Below, in pieces: positions 19,993-29,010 of a DNA stretch of 32,000 nt. This DNA comes from Alkanindiges sp. WGS2144. Lineage in GTDB: Bacteria > Pseudomonadota > Gammaproteobacteria > Pseudomonadales > Moraxellaceae. A model generated the notes under the pieces. That model was not told the origin of the DNA. It searched no databases and was given only the letters and a program-made list of their open reading frames with translations. Both the position numbers and the translations under genes were made by a program. Where the stretch lies: the NCBI RefSeq assembly GCF_043950625.1, contig NZ_CP171007.1. One strand, 5' to 3'. Position 1 is the stretch's first letter. Each line of letters starts with the position of its first letter.

Positions 19993-20637
19993 TTACTGAA
20001 CCGCGTAAATGTTCAGTTCAACACGACGGTTTTGCTGTTTGCCTGCCGCGGTAGAGTTATCAGCAATCGGAGACGCAGCACCGTAGCCTTTAGCACTCAC
20101 ACGGCTAGAAGGCACACCCTGAGAAATCAGATACTGTGCAACTGCCTGAGCGCGGTTTTGCGAGAGTGGAATATTGATAGAGTCATTACCTGAACTATCA
20201 GTATAACCAGAAACTACTACAGCACTCTTGTTATCTTCAGCCAGCGTTTGCGCGACTTTGTTTAAAGTTGCATAAAAATTCGGGCTGATCGTGGCCGAGT
20301 TGGTCGCAAATGTAATGTTACCCGGCATGATCAGGCCAACAGAACCATCTTCATTGCGGTTTACTTCAACCCCGGTGCCTGCCATTTGTTCACGCAACTT
20401 TTTCTCTTTTTGATCCAGGTAGTAACCACCTGCTGCACCAACTACTGCACCAATCGCAGCCGCACGGCCCATTTTGTCTTTATCCGCATTGGACTTGGCA
20501 ACACCTGCCCCCAGTAATGCCCCCAGACCTGCACCAATTGCAGTCTTGTTATAATCGGTTTGACCAGTAACGGGGTCAGTGGTACAACCTGCCAATGATA
20601 GGCTACCTACCAAAGCGGTAATCACAAGTGCACGCAT
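19993..20637 (-). CDS. yiaD: OmpA-domain lipoprotein with a glycine-zipper segment (YiaD-like)
   Basis: The lipobox LSLAGC and glycine zippers GAGLGALLGAG and GAVVGAAGGYY are present. The C-terminal OmpA-like block is GYTDSSG...LSQNRAQAV...NRRVEL. I chose the start at 20637 because an AGGAG SD lies 7 nt upstream. The track start at 20679 would read through a hairpin. Confidence 0.85.
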   Translation of the reverse strand: MRALVITALVGSLSLAGCTTDPVTGQTDYNKTAIGAGLGALLGAGVAKSNADKDKMGRAAAIGAVVGAAGGYYLDQKEKKLREQMAGTGVEVNRNEDGSVGLIMPGNITFATNSATISPNFYATLNKVAQTLAEDNKSAVVVSGYTDSSGNDSINIPLSQNRAQAVAQYLISQGVPSSRVSAKGYGAASPIADNSTAAGKQQNRRVELNIYAVQ

Positions 20638-20666
20638 GGAATTTCTCCTTAGTAATTTATTGAACT

Positions 20667-20703
20667 TGCTGCAAAACATTCTGCTTAGGAATGTTTTGCA
20701 GCA
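20667..20703 (-). promoter_or_regulatory. Perfect 15-bp inverted repeat in the yiaD-like leader, either a 5' UTR hairpin or an operator
   Basis: TGCTGCAAAACATTC (20667-20681), a 7-nt loop, then GAATGTTTTGCAGCA (20689-20703). It ends 29 nt upstream of the ATG. A possible -10 TATAGT (complement of 20705-20710) lies immediately upstream. Confidence 0.5.
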
Positions 20704-20941
20704 CTATATTCTTTTTGTTAACAAATAATTTTTTTGTTACATTTAAGTTGATTGTTTGATCAATTTCAGCGCCATTTGATGCACTTTATTAATTTCCTAT
20801 CCTTATTTTCGCTGAATCTAAAATTTTGTCATAAATTATTTTTAACGATTAGCGTTTTGGTACAAAATGCAATTTGCACAAGTCGTCTTTCTTTTTTACC
20901 ATGCCCGAGTTTATAGCGCCTAGTAGAGAGAGCGTCGCGGT

Positions 20942-21916
20942 ATGGCTGTATTGGATAAAGTTATGCAAAACAGAAAAGTTAAGGAAAAGCTGCGCGGTCT
21001 GACCATCGCTACCGCCATCACTTCAAGCACTTTTTTACACGGACCACCGGTACTGGCACTTGGGCTGCTCAAGACCCTTATTCCTTCTAGTAAAATTGAT
21101 GAAATGGCCATTGGCCTGACCAACAGCTGGCTGGGTGTTAATAACTGGTTGGTCGATCATGTGCTACCAGAGATTGACTGGCAGATTACCCTTCCCACTG
21201 ATTTAAGCTTGCAAGGCCGCTATTTGCTCATGTGCAATCACCAAAGCTGGGTGGACACCACCGTTACCCAGTACGTTGGCCTAACGCGCATGCCTCTTAC
21301 CCGCTTTTTTACCAAGTGGGAGCTGATTTTTATTCCCTTCCTTGGCCTGGCCTTTAAAATTCTGGGTTTTCCCATGATGAAGCGGCATAGCAAGCAGGCC
21401 ATTGCCAAAAATCCTGCCTTAAAAAAACAGGATCTGGAAGAAGCGCGTCGTGCTTGCTCTAATTTACGTAGCCAGCCCTATACCCTGCTTAATTATCTGG
21501 AAGGTACCCGCTTTACTCCCAAAAAACACCAGGAGCAAAACTCGCCGTACAAGCACTTGTTAAAACCCAAAACCGGCGGCATTGCACTGGCTCTACAAAT
21601 TTTAGGTAAGGAAATTGATGCTCTTATGGATATGACTATTGTCTATCCGGATGGTATTCCTACTTATGGCGATTTCTGGACAGGCCGCGTGCGCCGGATA
21701 GGTGTGGATATCCGCAAAATTGAGCTGCCCGCCTGGGTACTTGACGGGAACTATGAAGAAGATATGGCTTACCGCGAGCGTTTTCAGGAGTGGATTACTA
21801 CGCTATGGCAGGATAAGGATCAGCGCATTGAGCAGATGTTGCAACAGTTCAAGGAACGCGCCGAGAGTTTGAGCCCGGCCATGCGTAGCCTGCCCCACCA
21901 AACCACGTCGTCATAA
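20942..21916 (+). CDS. yihG: Lysophospholipid/glycerolipid acyltransferase (YihG-like)
   Basis: The HX4D motif NHQSWVD, the block FLEGTRF-like YLEGTRFTPKKHQ and the block LLKPKTGGIALAL align with E. coli YihG from memory. Confidence 0.8.
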   Translation: MAVLDKVMQNRKVKEKLRGLTIATAITSSTFLHGPPVLALGLLKTLIPSSKIDEMAIGLTNSWLGVNNWLVDHVLPEIDWQITLPTDLSLQGRYLLMCNHQSWVDTTVTQYVGLTRMPLTRFFTKWELIFIPFLGLAFKILGFPMMKRHSKQAIAKNPALKKQDLEEARRACSNLRSQPYTLLNYLEGTRFTPKKHQEQNSPYKHLLKPKTGGIALALQILGKEIDALMDMTIVYPDGIPTYGDFWTGRVRRIGVDIRKIELPAWVLDGNYEEDMAYRERFQEWITTLWQDKDQRIEQMLQQFKERAESLSPAMRSLPHQTTSS

Positions 21917-21935
21917 TCTGACCTCCAGAGCCTGA

Positions 21936-23003
21936 ATGGATAATCGTAACGGTCAAAGTGCTGACCCTATCACTCTCCCGCCAGCGCCCCCAACCACGGC
22001 CTGGCGTGTTTTTTTAGTATATGACATCCTCATGATGCTATTTATTAGCATCAATTTGCTGACCATGGCGCTAGACCAGTTGCTGCTTAGCAATGTGGGC
22101 TTATCGGCTGCCAGCCTGATTGGTCAGACTGCATGGGTATATCATTACCGTGAACAAATTCATCCGGTCATGGTTGATCTGGATGAATGGATTACTATTT
22201 ATCTAGTGAGTGAACTGATGTTGCGCTGGGGCATTGCTATTATATTTAAGCACCACCGCCGCTGGTTCTTTTTTCCGTTTATTCACTGGTATGAGTTTTT
22301 AGCCTGTATCCCAACCTTCCGCGCACTGCGTTTACTGCGTGTGATTGTCATTGGCTATCGTTTGTACCAACTAGGCTATAAAGTCTTGCCGGATAGCTGG
22401 CTCAAAACCGGATATTTTTACTATCAGTTGCTACTCCAGGAGCTTACCGACCGTATTGTGCTGACCGCTTTAAGCGGCGTGGAACGGGAACTAAAAACCG
22501 GAGCCACCCATCAGCGTTTGCTGCACGATCTGGTCAATCAGCACCGCAACCTGATTAGCCAGGCAGTGGGGGAAACATTACAGCATAATCTTGCCATTGC
22601 CCTACAGGAGCAACAGCAGTTAATTACACACAATGTAGGACAGATTGTCATCCAGGCCATTAATGACACGCCTGAGCTGCATAGACTGCTACGCCTGATT
22701 CCAGTAGCCGGTTCAATACTGGAAAGACAGATTCAAAGTATTGGGCAGCGGCTGGGCGAAAACATTACTACCGGATTAATAGCACCATTTACCCAGCCAG
22801 CAAAAGATCAGCCGGCCAACCCGGCACTCCTCACGGCAGCAAACTATGTTGGACAAATCAAGCTTGATCAACCTGCACTGAAAAAACTGGTAGATTCATT
22901 GGTATATGAAAGTTTGAATACGATCCGCAAACAGATCGAGGCGCGGCAATGGAAACCTGGGCAAAAACTACCGCTTGATACTGCTAAAGCAGGCTCGCCC
23001 TAA
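21936..23003 (+). CDS. Membrane protein with an S1-S4 voltage-sensor-like domain, a soluble helical C-terminal domain and no recognisable pore
   Basis: Four N-terminal TM segments. The S4-like helix FRALRLLRVIVIGYR has Arg at every third position. The S2-like segment LVSELMLRW and the S3-like segment HWYEFLACIP carry acidic residues. No further hydrophobic segments occur after residue 145. Confidence 0.55.
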   Translation: MDNRNGQSADPITLPPAPPTTAWRVFLVYDILMMLFISINLLTMALDQLLLSNVGLSAASLIGQTAWVYHYREQIHPVMVDLDEWITIYLVSELMLRWGIAIIFKHHRRWFFFPFIHWYEFLACIPTFRALRLLRVIVIGYRLYQLGYKVLPDSWLKTGYFYYQLLLQELTDRIVLTALSGVERELKTGATHQRLLHDLVNQHRNLISQAVGETLQHNLAIALQEQQQLITHNVGQIVIQAINDTPELHRLLRLIPVAGSILERQIQSIGQRLGENITTGLIAPFTQPAKDQPANPALLTAANYVGQIKLDQPALKKLVDSLVYESLNTIRKQIEARQWKPGQKLPLDTAKAGSP

Positions 23004-23162
23004 GTGGTTTTTACAACACATTGGTCATCTGTTTTTTGTAATGAAAAGAACACGATTATGGCTGGTGTAATTAATTATTTTGGACTACGATTCAGTTCAC
23101 TTTAATGGCTTTAAACCTGCTGGAGGCCGGCTCTTCTGGTCACTGGTACGCAAGGAAAAAAT

Positions 23163-23858
23163 ATGAGCGATCTTCGCATCAACGGCCGCATGGTCAACTT
23201 TTCGCGTCTGATTTTTCAGACCAGTGATTTGGAAAAAATAAAAAAGCAGCTGGAACAGCATCTGGGCACTCAAGGGGAATATGATGGCGCACTGGTTATT
23301 CTGGACAGTACTGTTGAAAACAATCTGATCAGCCTGATTCAGCTCCTGGTTGATTTTGGTTTACAGCCGATGGCGGTGATTGATGGAATACTGGGCGAGC
23401 AGGCGCGCATTATCCAGTTTCCGGTACTTAACCGCGACCAGCCCATGCAACGGATTAAAGCCACGGCTGACATACCTGGTGCAAATACTGAGGAAGCCCC
23501 TACAGCCACCCGTCCAGTGATATCACGCAACACCGTCCATACCGAAATATTGCGCACCGGCCAGAGCTTAAGTGAAGATAATGGTGATATTGTGCTGGTT
23601 GCAGACATGAATAGCGGCTCAGAACTGATTTCCTCAGGTAATATTCATGTTTACGGCACCGCACGGGGGCGTATTATTGCCGGTGCTAGCGGTCAACAAC
23701 AGGCACATATTTTCTGCCAGCGCCTGGAAGCAGAGCTGGTGTCCATTGCTGGAACTTATAGCGTGGCAGATGATATTCCCGCAGATAAGATTGGTAAATC
23801 GGTTCATATCTGCCTCAATTCCGACCAGGAACTTGAATTCCATTTGCTACCTCATTAA
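23163..23858 (+). CDS. minC: Septum site-determining protein MinC
   Basis: 231 aa. The C-terminal beta-helix block [20 protein letters not shown] is present and the gene lies immediately upstream of minD and minE. Confidence 0.9.
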   Translation: MSDLRINGRMVNFSRLIFQTSDLEKIKKQLEQHLGTQGEYDGALVILDSTVENNLISLIQLLVDFGLQPMAVIDGILGEQARIIQFPVLNRDQPMQRIKATADIPGANTEEAPTATRPVISRNTVHTEILRTGQSLSEDNGDIVLVADMNSGSELISSGNIHVYGTARGRIIAGASGQQQAHIFCQRLEAELVSIAGTYSVADDIPADKIGKSVHICLNSDQELEFHLLPH

Positions 23859-23936
23859 GGTAAGCGTAATTTATATACAAACTGATAGATATGATTGGTA
23901 TCTAGCCCGCTACAATTTCAAACAGGAGTTTAATCG

Positions 23937-24749
23937 GTGGCCAAAATTGTTGTCGTAACATCAGGCAAAGGTGGCGTTGGTAAGACCACCACAAGCGCAT
24001 CTTTTGCAACAGGACTGGCTCAGCGCGGTCACAAAACTGTGGTCATTGACTTTGACGTTGGCTTGCGTAACCTCGACCTGATTATGGGTTGCGAGCGTCG
24101 CGTGGTCTACGACCTGGTCAATGTACTCAATAATGAAGCTCGCTTACAGCAGGCCTTAATCAAGGATCGGGAAATTGATAACCTGTACATTCTGCCTGCC
24201 TCACAAACCCGCGATAAAGACGCGCTGACCGATGAAGGCGTTGGCCGGATTATTGATGAGCTCTCGCAGGAATTTGACTATATTATTTGCGACTCACCAG
24301 CCGGTATTGAGCGTGGTGCTATTTTGGCCATGTATTATGCCGATGAAGCCCTGATTGTGACCAATCCCGAAATTTCATCGGTACGTGACTCTGATCGCAT
24401 TATTGGCATGCTGGATAGCAAAACCCGCAAAGTTGAGCAAAACGAAGGCCGTGTACGCAAGCATCTGGTCATTACCCGCTATGATCCAAACCGTGCCCAG
24501 CGCGAAGAAATGCTGAGCATTGAAGATATTGCCAATGATATTTTAAAAATTCCTACCCTGGGCGTGATTCCAGAATGCACATCGGTACTCAATGCTTCAA
24601 ACCAGGGGGTACCCGTTATTCGTGAAACTGACTCCAGAGCCAGTGAAGCCTATGACGACTTAGTGGCGCGTTTCTTAGGAGAAGAACGACCTTTTCGCCA
24701 CATTACACCACAAAAACAGGGTTGGTTAGCACGTTTATTTGGAGGATAA
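23937..24749 (+). CDS. minD: Septum site-determining ATPase MinD
   Basis: The deviant Walker A motif SGKGGVGKTT is present, together with a C-terminal amphipathic helix GWLARLFGG. The gene uses a GTG start. Confidence 0.97.
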   Translation: MAKIVVVTSGKGGVGKTTTSASFATGLAQRGHKTVVIDFDVGLRNLDLIMGCERRVVYDLVNVLNNEARLQQALIKDREIDNLYILPASQTRDKDALTDEGVGRIIDELSQEFDYIICDSPAGIERGAILAMYYADEALIVTNPEISSVRDSDRIIGMLDSKTRKVEQNEGRVRKHLVITRYDPNRAQREEMLSIEDIANDILKIPTLGVIPECTSVLNASNQGVPVIRETDSRASEAYDDLVARFLGEERPFRHITPQKQGWLARLFGG

Positions 24750-24750
24750 C

Positions 24751-25023
24751 ATGGCTGGTTTCTGGAGTAATTTATTTAAAAGTGATGATAAGCCAACCAG
24801 TGCCAAAGCTGCCAAGGATCGCTTAAAAGTTATTGTTGCCAGTGAAAACCGCTTGGGTCGTCGCTTGAGCCAGGAGAAGATTGACCGCATGAAAATTGAA
24901 ATCATGGAAGTGGTCAATCGCTATGTTCGCGGTGTCGATGAGCAGGATGTACAAATGAGTGTACGCAGTGAGGCAGATATTGAAATGCTGGAAATGAATA
25001 TCAACCTCCCAGAAGAGCGCTAA
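24751..25023 (+). CDS. minE: Cell division topological specificity factor MinE
   Basis: 90 aa starting at the ATG at 24751 (MAGFWSNLF...). A GGAGGA SD lies inside the end of minD. The block KDRLKVIVA is conserved. Confidence 0.93.
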   Translation: MAGFWSNLFKSDDKPTSAKAAKDRLKVIVASENRLGRRLSQEKIDRMKIEIMEVVNRYVRGVDEQDVQMSVRSEADIEMLEMNINLPEER

Positions 25024-25253
25024 ATAAAAACCACTGCAAAAAAAGTGATGCTGGTTTTCAGTTTTTCTCATTTTACCTGACCAGTAAACTCGGGCAGAAT
25101 ATGAGGCGGCATACCTACAGCGCTGCTCTTGCGGCGCATGCCACAAGGTGAGAAGCTGAGGTGGGCATGTAAGCAGCGTTGCTGGTCATGCTCATACTCT
25201 GCCTTTTATTCTTTAAGTATTTTTGCTTTTATTTTTGCTTACTGGAGAGCTGC

Positions 25254-25541
25254 ATGGCCGTTTCGCAACCTGCCACCTATAACGAAGAATGGCCTGACTC
25301 GCGCGTTTTTGCCTATTTAAATCACTTGCCTGTAGAAGGTACAGATGCTGATTACTGGGTGTTATATAATGCCTTTAAGCACATGCGCCCACATGATTTT
25401 GAGCGCCTGCTTAACCAGTTTTTAGCAGATGGCCGTAACCTGCATGCGACCAATCCAGAAGGTAAGACCATTCATCAGGTGATTGCCCAGTACCCCCGAC
25501 AATCTGCTCCCTTTCTGGAAGTACTCGCCAAGTTTCCGTGA
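25254..25541 (+). CDS. Hypothetical small protein, 95 aa
   Basis: The ATG at 25254 is preceded by a GGAGAG SD. The upstream part of the 25179 track ORF is hydrophobic low-complexity sequence with no SD. Confidence 0.6.
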   Translation: MAVSQPATYNEEWPDSRVFAYLNHLPVEGTDADYWVLYNAFKHMRPHDFERLLNQFLADGRNLHATNPEGKTIHQVIAQYPRQSAPFLEVLAKFP

Positions 25542-25607
25542 GAATTCATTCAACTGCTGACTCAGTACAAACCAAGTCTAACTATAGGATAACTTGAGTA
25601 TATGGAT

Positions 25608-25637
25608 AAAAAAAGCGATGCCAATCATCGCTTTTTT
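25608..25637. terminator. Bidirectional rho-independent terminator
   Basis: GCGATG (25615-25620) pairs with CATCGC (25626-25631). An A7 run and a T6 run flank the stem. It lies between two convergent genes. Confidence 0.75.
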
Positions 25638-25665
25638 GTTTGGATAGATTGTGAGAGGTAATTTT

Positions 25666-26340
25666 TTAGTAATACAGTTTGGCCCCAATGCCAAACTGAA
25701 TACCATCCATCTTGCCAACCGGATATTTGGTATCTGCGGCAAATCCACCTTTATTATCACAGACATGGTAACCGCTGTCTGAGGATACACTTCCATCTGC
25801 ACAGCGAATACGGTCATCGCTCACATCTAGATACCATTTATAACCAGCAGTACCAAAAAAGCTTAAGTTGGTATTAGGCACCAGATAGTTAGCTTCCAGC
25901 CCTACTGGAATCACTACAAAGGAGGCATCGGTATTATTAGTCCCTTGCTCAGTTTTTACCTTTAGGTCGGCAATACCAATACCGATACCTGCTGTACCCC
26001 GTAGTACAAAATTACTTGTACTATAAATGAGCTGACCCGCTGTTGCCGTGCCTTCAAAGTAGTTAACATCTACTTTGCCATTGAGAGAGTTGGCTTTACC
26101 TGTGGCATATTGAGCGTGCACAGCAGGGCTGAGCAAGCTGTCAAATTCACCCAATTGCAAGGTTCCTGACAAGCCGTTTAAATCAAAATCCAGATCGTCA
26201 TAATCCTTAACCTGCGGATTAGAATGAATCACTTGAGTACCAATGGCCCATGCAAAACCCTGATTTGCCATAAGTAAAGATACCAGTGCTACCGACAGCA
26301 GTTTAATTGTTTTGAATCCACGCATTATCACAATATCCAT
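25666..26340 (-). CDS. Small outer-membrane beta-barrel protein (OMP_b-brl/OmpW-like size)
   Basis: The signal peptide ends QGFA-WA. Alternating beta-strand patterns are present and the C-terminus is aromatic (GAKLYY). The start may instead be the ATG at 26325. Confidence 0.7.
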   Translation of the reverse strand: MDIVIMRGFKTIKLLSVALVSLLMANQGFAWAIGTQVIHSNPQVKDYDDLDFDLNGLSGTLQLGEFDSLLSPAVHAQYATGKANSLNGKVDVNYFEGTATAGQLIYSTSNFVLRGTAGIGIGIADLKVKTEQGTNNTDASFVVIPVGLEANYLVPNTNLSFFGTAGYKWYLDVSDDRIRCADGSVSSDSGYHVCDNKGGFAADTKYPVGKMDGIQFGIGAKLYY

Positions 26341-26454
26341 ATTCTTGTTCGTGCCCAGACTTTAGCATTTTTTTAGGGCAAAAGGCTATGCCTGAGTAAG
26401 GCTAATTACGTGCTTCATATTACCTGCTCCATCGTTTACCTAACTAAAAGCAGG

Positions 26455-26488
26455 CAAAGAAAAAGCGATGCCTGGTTACAAGCACCGC
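26455..26488 (-). terminator. Rho-independent terminator after infC
   Basis: On the minus strand GCGGTGC pairs with GCATCGC in a 7-bp stem with one G-U pair. CTTTTTCTTT follows. It lies about 27 nt after the infC stop. Confidence 0.6.
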
Positions 26489-26514
26489 TTCTATTTTCAG
26501 AAAAAAAGAACAAA

Positions 26515-27066
26515 CTATTTTTTCTTTTTCGGGCCAATCAACATGCCCATCTGGCGACCTTCCATTTTTGGCTGTTGCTCGACCACACCAAAATCAGCCA
26601 CATCAGCTTCAATTTTTTGCAGCTGTTTTAGCCCTAATTCCTGATGTGCCATTTCACGACCACGGAAGCGCAAAGTGATTTTTACCTTGTCGCCGTCTTC
26701 CAGAAAACGCAGAATGGAACGCAGTTTTACCTGATAATCGCCAACGTCTGTACCTGGACGCAACTTGATTTCCTTGACCTGCACCTGATGCTGTTTTTTC
26801 CGGGCATCTTTTTGCTTTTGCTTCAGGTCAAACAAATGCTTGTTATAGTCCATGATTTTGCATACGGGTGGCTCAGCATTGGCTACGATCTCAACCAGAT
26901 CAAGATCAGCAGCCTCTGCCGCACGTAATGCTTCATTTAATGGAACAATCCCTTTTTGCTCTCCTGTTTCATCAACCAGTCGCACTTCTTTGGCGCGAAT
27001 TTCATCATTGATGGCAGGACGGTTGCTCTTGGCAACCTGTTGTGAGTTACGGTCAGGCTGTTTAAT
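26515..27066 (-). CDS. infC: Translation initiation factor IF-3, with an AUU start codon
   Basis: The conserved N-terminal block [16 protein letters not shown] lies upstream of the first ATG, GTG or TTG. The in-frame ATT at 27066-27064 has a GGAG SD 8 nt upstream and lies 5 nt after the thrS stop. Confidence 0.9.
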   Translation of the reverse strand: MKQPDRNSQQVAKSNRPAINDEIRAKEVRLVDETGEQKGIVPLNEALRAAEAADLDLVEIVANAEPPVCKIMDYNKHLFDLKQKQKDARKKQHQVQVKEIKLRPGTDVGDYQVKLRSILRFLEDGDKVKITLRFRGREMAHQELGLKQLQKIEADVADFGVVEQQPKMEGRQMGMLIGPKKKK

Positions 27067-27071
27067 CGCTA

Positions 27072-28994
27072 TTACTCCAAATTATACCGGCCACGCTGGG
27101 CAACGGCGGACTGAACCAGATCAATAAATGCCTCTATTGACATGGTTCCCAAATTCTTTCCACTCCGTGTACGCACATTCACGGTTCCTTCTTCCACCTC
27201 ACGGTCACCTAGAACCAATAGGTAAGGGATACGCTCTAAAGTGCGTTCACGAATCTTAAAGCCGATTTTCTCGTTTCTCAAGTCATTGATTACGCGCAAG
27301 CCACGCTCATTTAACAGTTGAGTAACATTCTGGCACGCATCGCTTTGTGCATCGGTAATATTCATCACACACGCCTGAACCGGAGCAAGCCACGGTGGCA
27401 TATAGCCGGCGTAGTGTTCAATTAGTATACCAATAAAACGCTCAAAGCTGCCAAGTATTGCACGGTGCAACATAACAGGATGATCACGGTTATTGTCTTC
27501 GGTCACAAAGGTGGCGTCCAGACGCATCGGCATGTTGAAGTCGCACTGGATCGTACCACACTGCCAGACACGGCCTAGGCAGTCTTTCAGGCTAAACTCA
27601 ATTTTTGGCCCGTAAAACGCACCTTCACCAGGTTGTAACTCCCAGCTTAGGCCAGCTTCATCCAGTGCATCAGCCAGCGCTTTTTCGGCTAAATCCCACA
27701 GTGCGTCATCGCCTACCCGCTTTTCAGGACGAGTAGACAATTTCATTTGCACATCTTCAAAGCCAAAATCCTTGTATACCTGTAAGGTTAAGGCAATAAA
27801 TTCGGCAACTTCTGCACCTATTTGTTCACGGGTACAGAAAATATGTGCATCATCCTGAGTAAAACCACGCACCCGCATAATACCATGTAATGAGCCAGAG
27901 GGTTCGTTACGGTGACAAGAACCGAACTCAGCCAGACGCAGTGGCAGATCGCGGTAGGATTTTAAACCCTGATTAAATACCTGTACATGACACGGACAGT
28001 TCATCGGTTTTACCGCATAGGTGCGACTTTCAGAATGTGTGGTGAACATGTTTTCAGCATAGTTGGCGGCATGCCCGGATTTTTCCCACAATACCAGGTC
28101 AACCACCTGTGGCGTGCGAATTTCCTGATAGCCATTGTCACGCTGAACCTTGCGCATATATTGTTCCAGCACCTGATAAATGGTCCAGCCGTTAGGATGC
28201 CAAAATACCATGCCCGGTGCTTCTTCCTGTAAATGGAACAAGTCCAGTGCCTTGCCAATTTTACGGTGATCACGCTTTTCGGCTTCTTCAATACGCTGAA
28301 TATAAGCAGCCAGCTGTTTTTTGTCTGCCCAGGCCGTGCCATAGATACGCTGTAATTGTTCGTTTTTGGCATCGCCGCGCCAATAGGCACCGGATAATTT
28401 GGTCAGTTTAAAGGCTTTTAGAAAACGGGTATTGGGTACGTGCGGGCCACGGCACATGTCTACATATTCCTGATGGTAATACAGCCCCATGGCTGTCTCC
28501 TCAGGCATATCATCAACCAGACGCAACTTGTAGCTCTCGCCACGTGAGGTAAAGGTTTTAATGACTTCATCACGCGGGGTCATTTTTTTAATAACGTCGT
28601 ATTCCTCACTGATGAGGTCCTTCATGCGGCTTTCAATAGCCGCCACGTCGTCTAAAGTAAAAGGTTTTGGGCTGAAAATATCGTAATAAAAACCTTCTTC
28701 AATGACTGGCCCAATCACCATTTGCACATCAGGAAATAACTGCTTAACCGCATGACCAATCAAGTGCGCACAGGAATGGCGAATAATTTCCAGACCTTCT
28801 TCATCTTTGGGCGTAATGATCTGTACAGTTGCATCGTTATCAATGAGGTCACACGCGTCACGCAGCTGACCATTGACACGACCTGCTACGGTATTTTTGG
28901 CAAGTCCCGGGCCAATACTTTGTGCTACTTCCATAACAGACACTGGATGATCAAAATTTTTCTGGTCGCCATTAGGCAGGGTAATAACAGGCAT
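27072..28994 (-). CDS. thrS: Threonine--tRNA ligase
   Basis: 640 aa with TGS, editing, class II catalytic and anticodon-binding domains. Conserved blocks include [22 protein letters not shown] and GAFYGPKIE. Confidence 0.98.
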   Translation of the reverse strand: MPVITLPNGDQKNFDHPVSVMEVAQSIGPGLAKNTVAGRVNGQLRDACDLIDNDATVQIITPKDEEGLEIIRHSCAHLIGHAVKQLFPDVQMVIGPVIEEGFYYDIFSPKPFTLDDVAAIESRMKDLISEEYDVIKKMTPRDEVIKTFTSRGESYKLRLVDDMPEETAMGLYYHQEYVDMCRGPHVPNTRFLKAFKLTKLSGAYWRGDAKNEQLQRIYGTAWADKKQLAAYIQRIEEAEKRDHRKIGKALDLFHLQEEAPGMVFWHPNGWTIYQVLEQYMRKVQRDNGYQEIRTPQVVDLVLWEKSGHAANYAENMFTTHSESRTYAVKPMNCPCHVQVFNQGLKSYRDLPLRLAEFGSCHRNEPSGSLHGIMRVRGFTQDDAHIFCTREQIGAEVAEFIALTLQVYKDFGFEDVQMKLSTRPEKRVGDDALWDLAEKALADALDEAGLSWELQPGEGAFYGPKIEFSLKDCLGRVWQCGTIQCDFNMPMRLDATFVTEDNNRDHPVMLHRAILGSFERFIGILIEHYAGYMPPWLAPVQACVMNITDAQSDACQNVTQLLNERGLRVINDLRNEKIGFKIRERTLERIPYLLVLGDREVEEGTVNVRTRSGKNLGTMSIEAFIDLVQSAVAQRGRYNLE

Positions 28995-29010
28995 AAAATT
29001 ATCCTTAAGG

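Noticed and set aside
25129-25320. 63-aa ORF, and the N-terminal extension (25179) of the 95-aa gene
   Set aside because: Neither has an SD. The peptides are hydrophobic and Cys/Trp-rich and are read from structured AT-rich spacer. The ATG at 25254 has a proper GGAGAG SD.
25610-26472. The shared 13-mer AAAAAGCGATGCC in the two terminators flanking the OMP gene (25610-25622 and 26460-26472), considered as possible cassette boundaries
   Set aside because: The match is an A-run plus 8 nt of stem. The loops and right arms differ. This is compatible with chance similarity between intrinsic terminators and is insufficient to call a mobile cassette.
27987-28411. ORFs antisense to or off-frame within thrS
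   Set aside because: They lie inside thrS and have no independent support.
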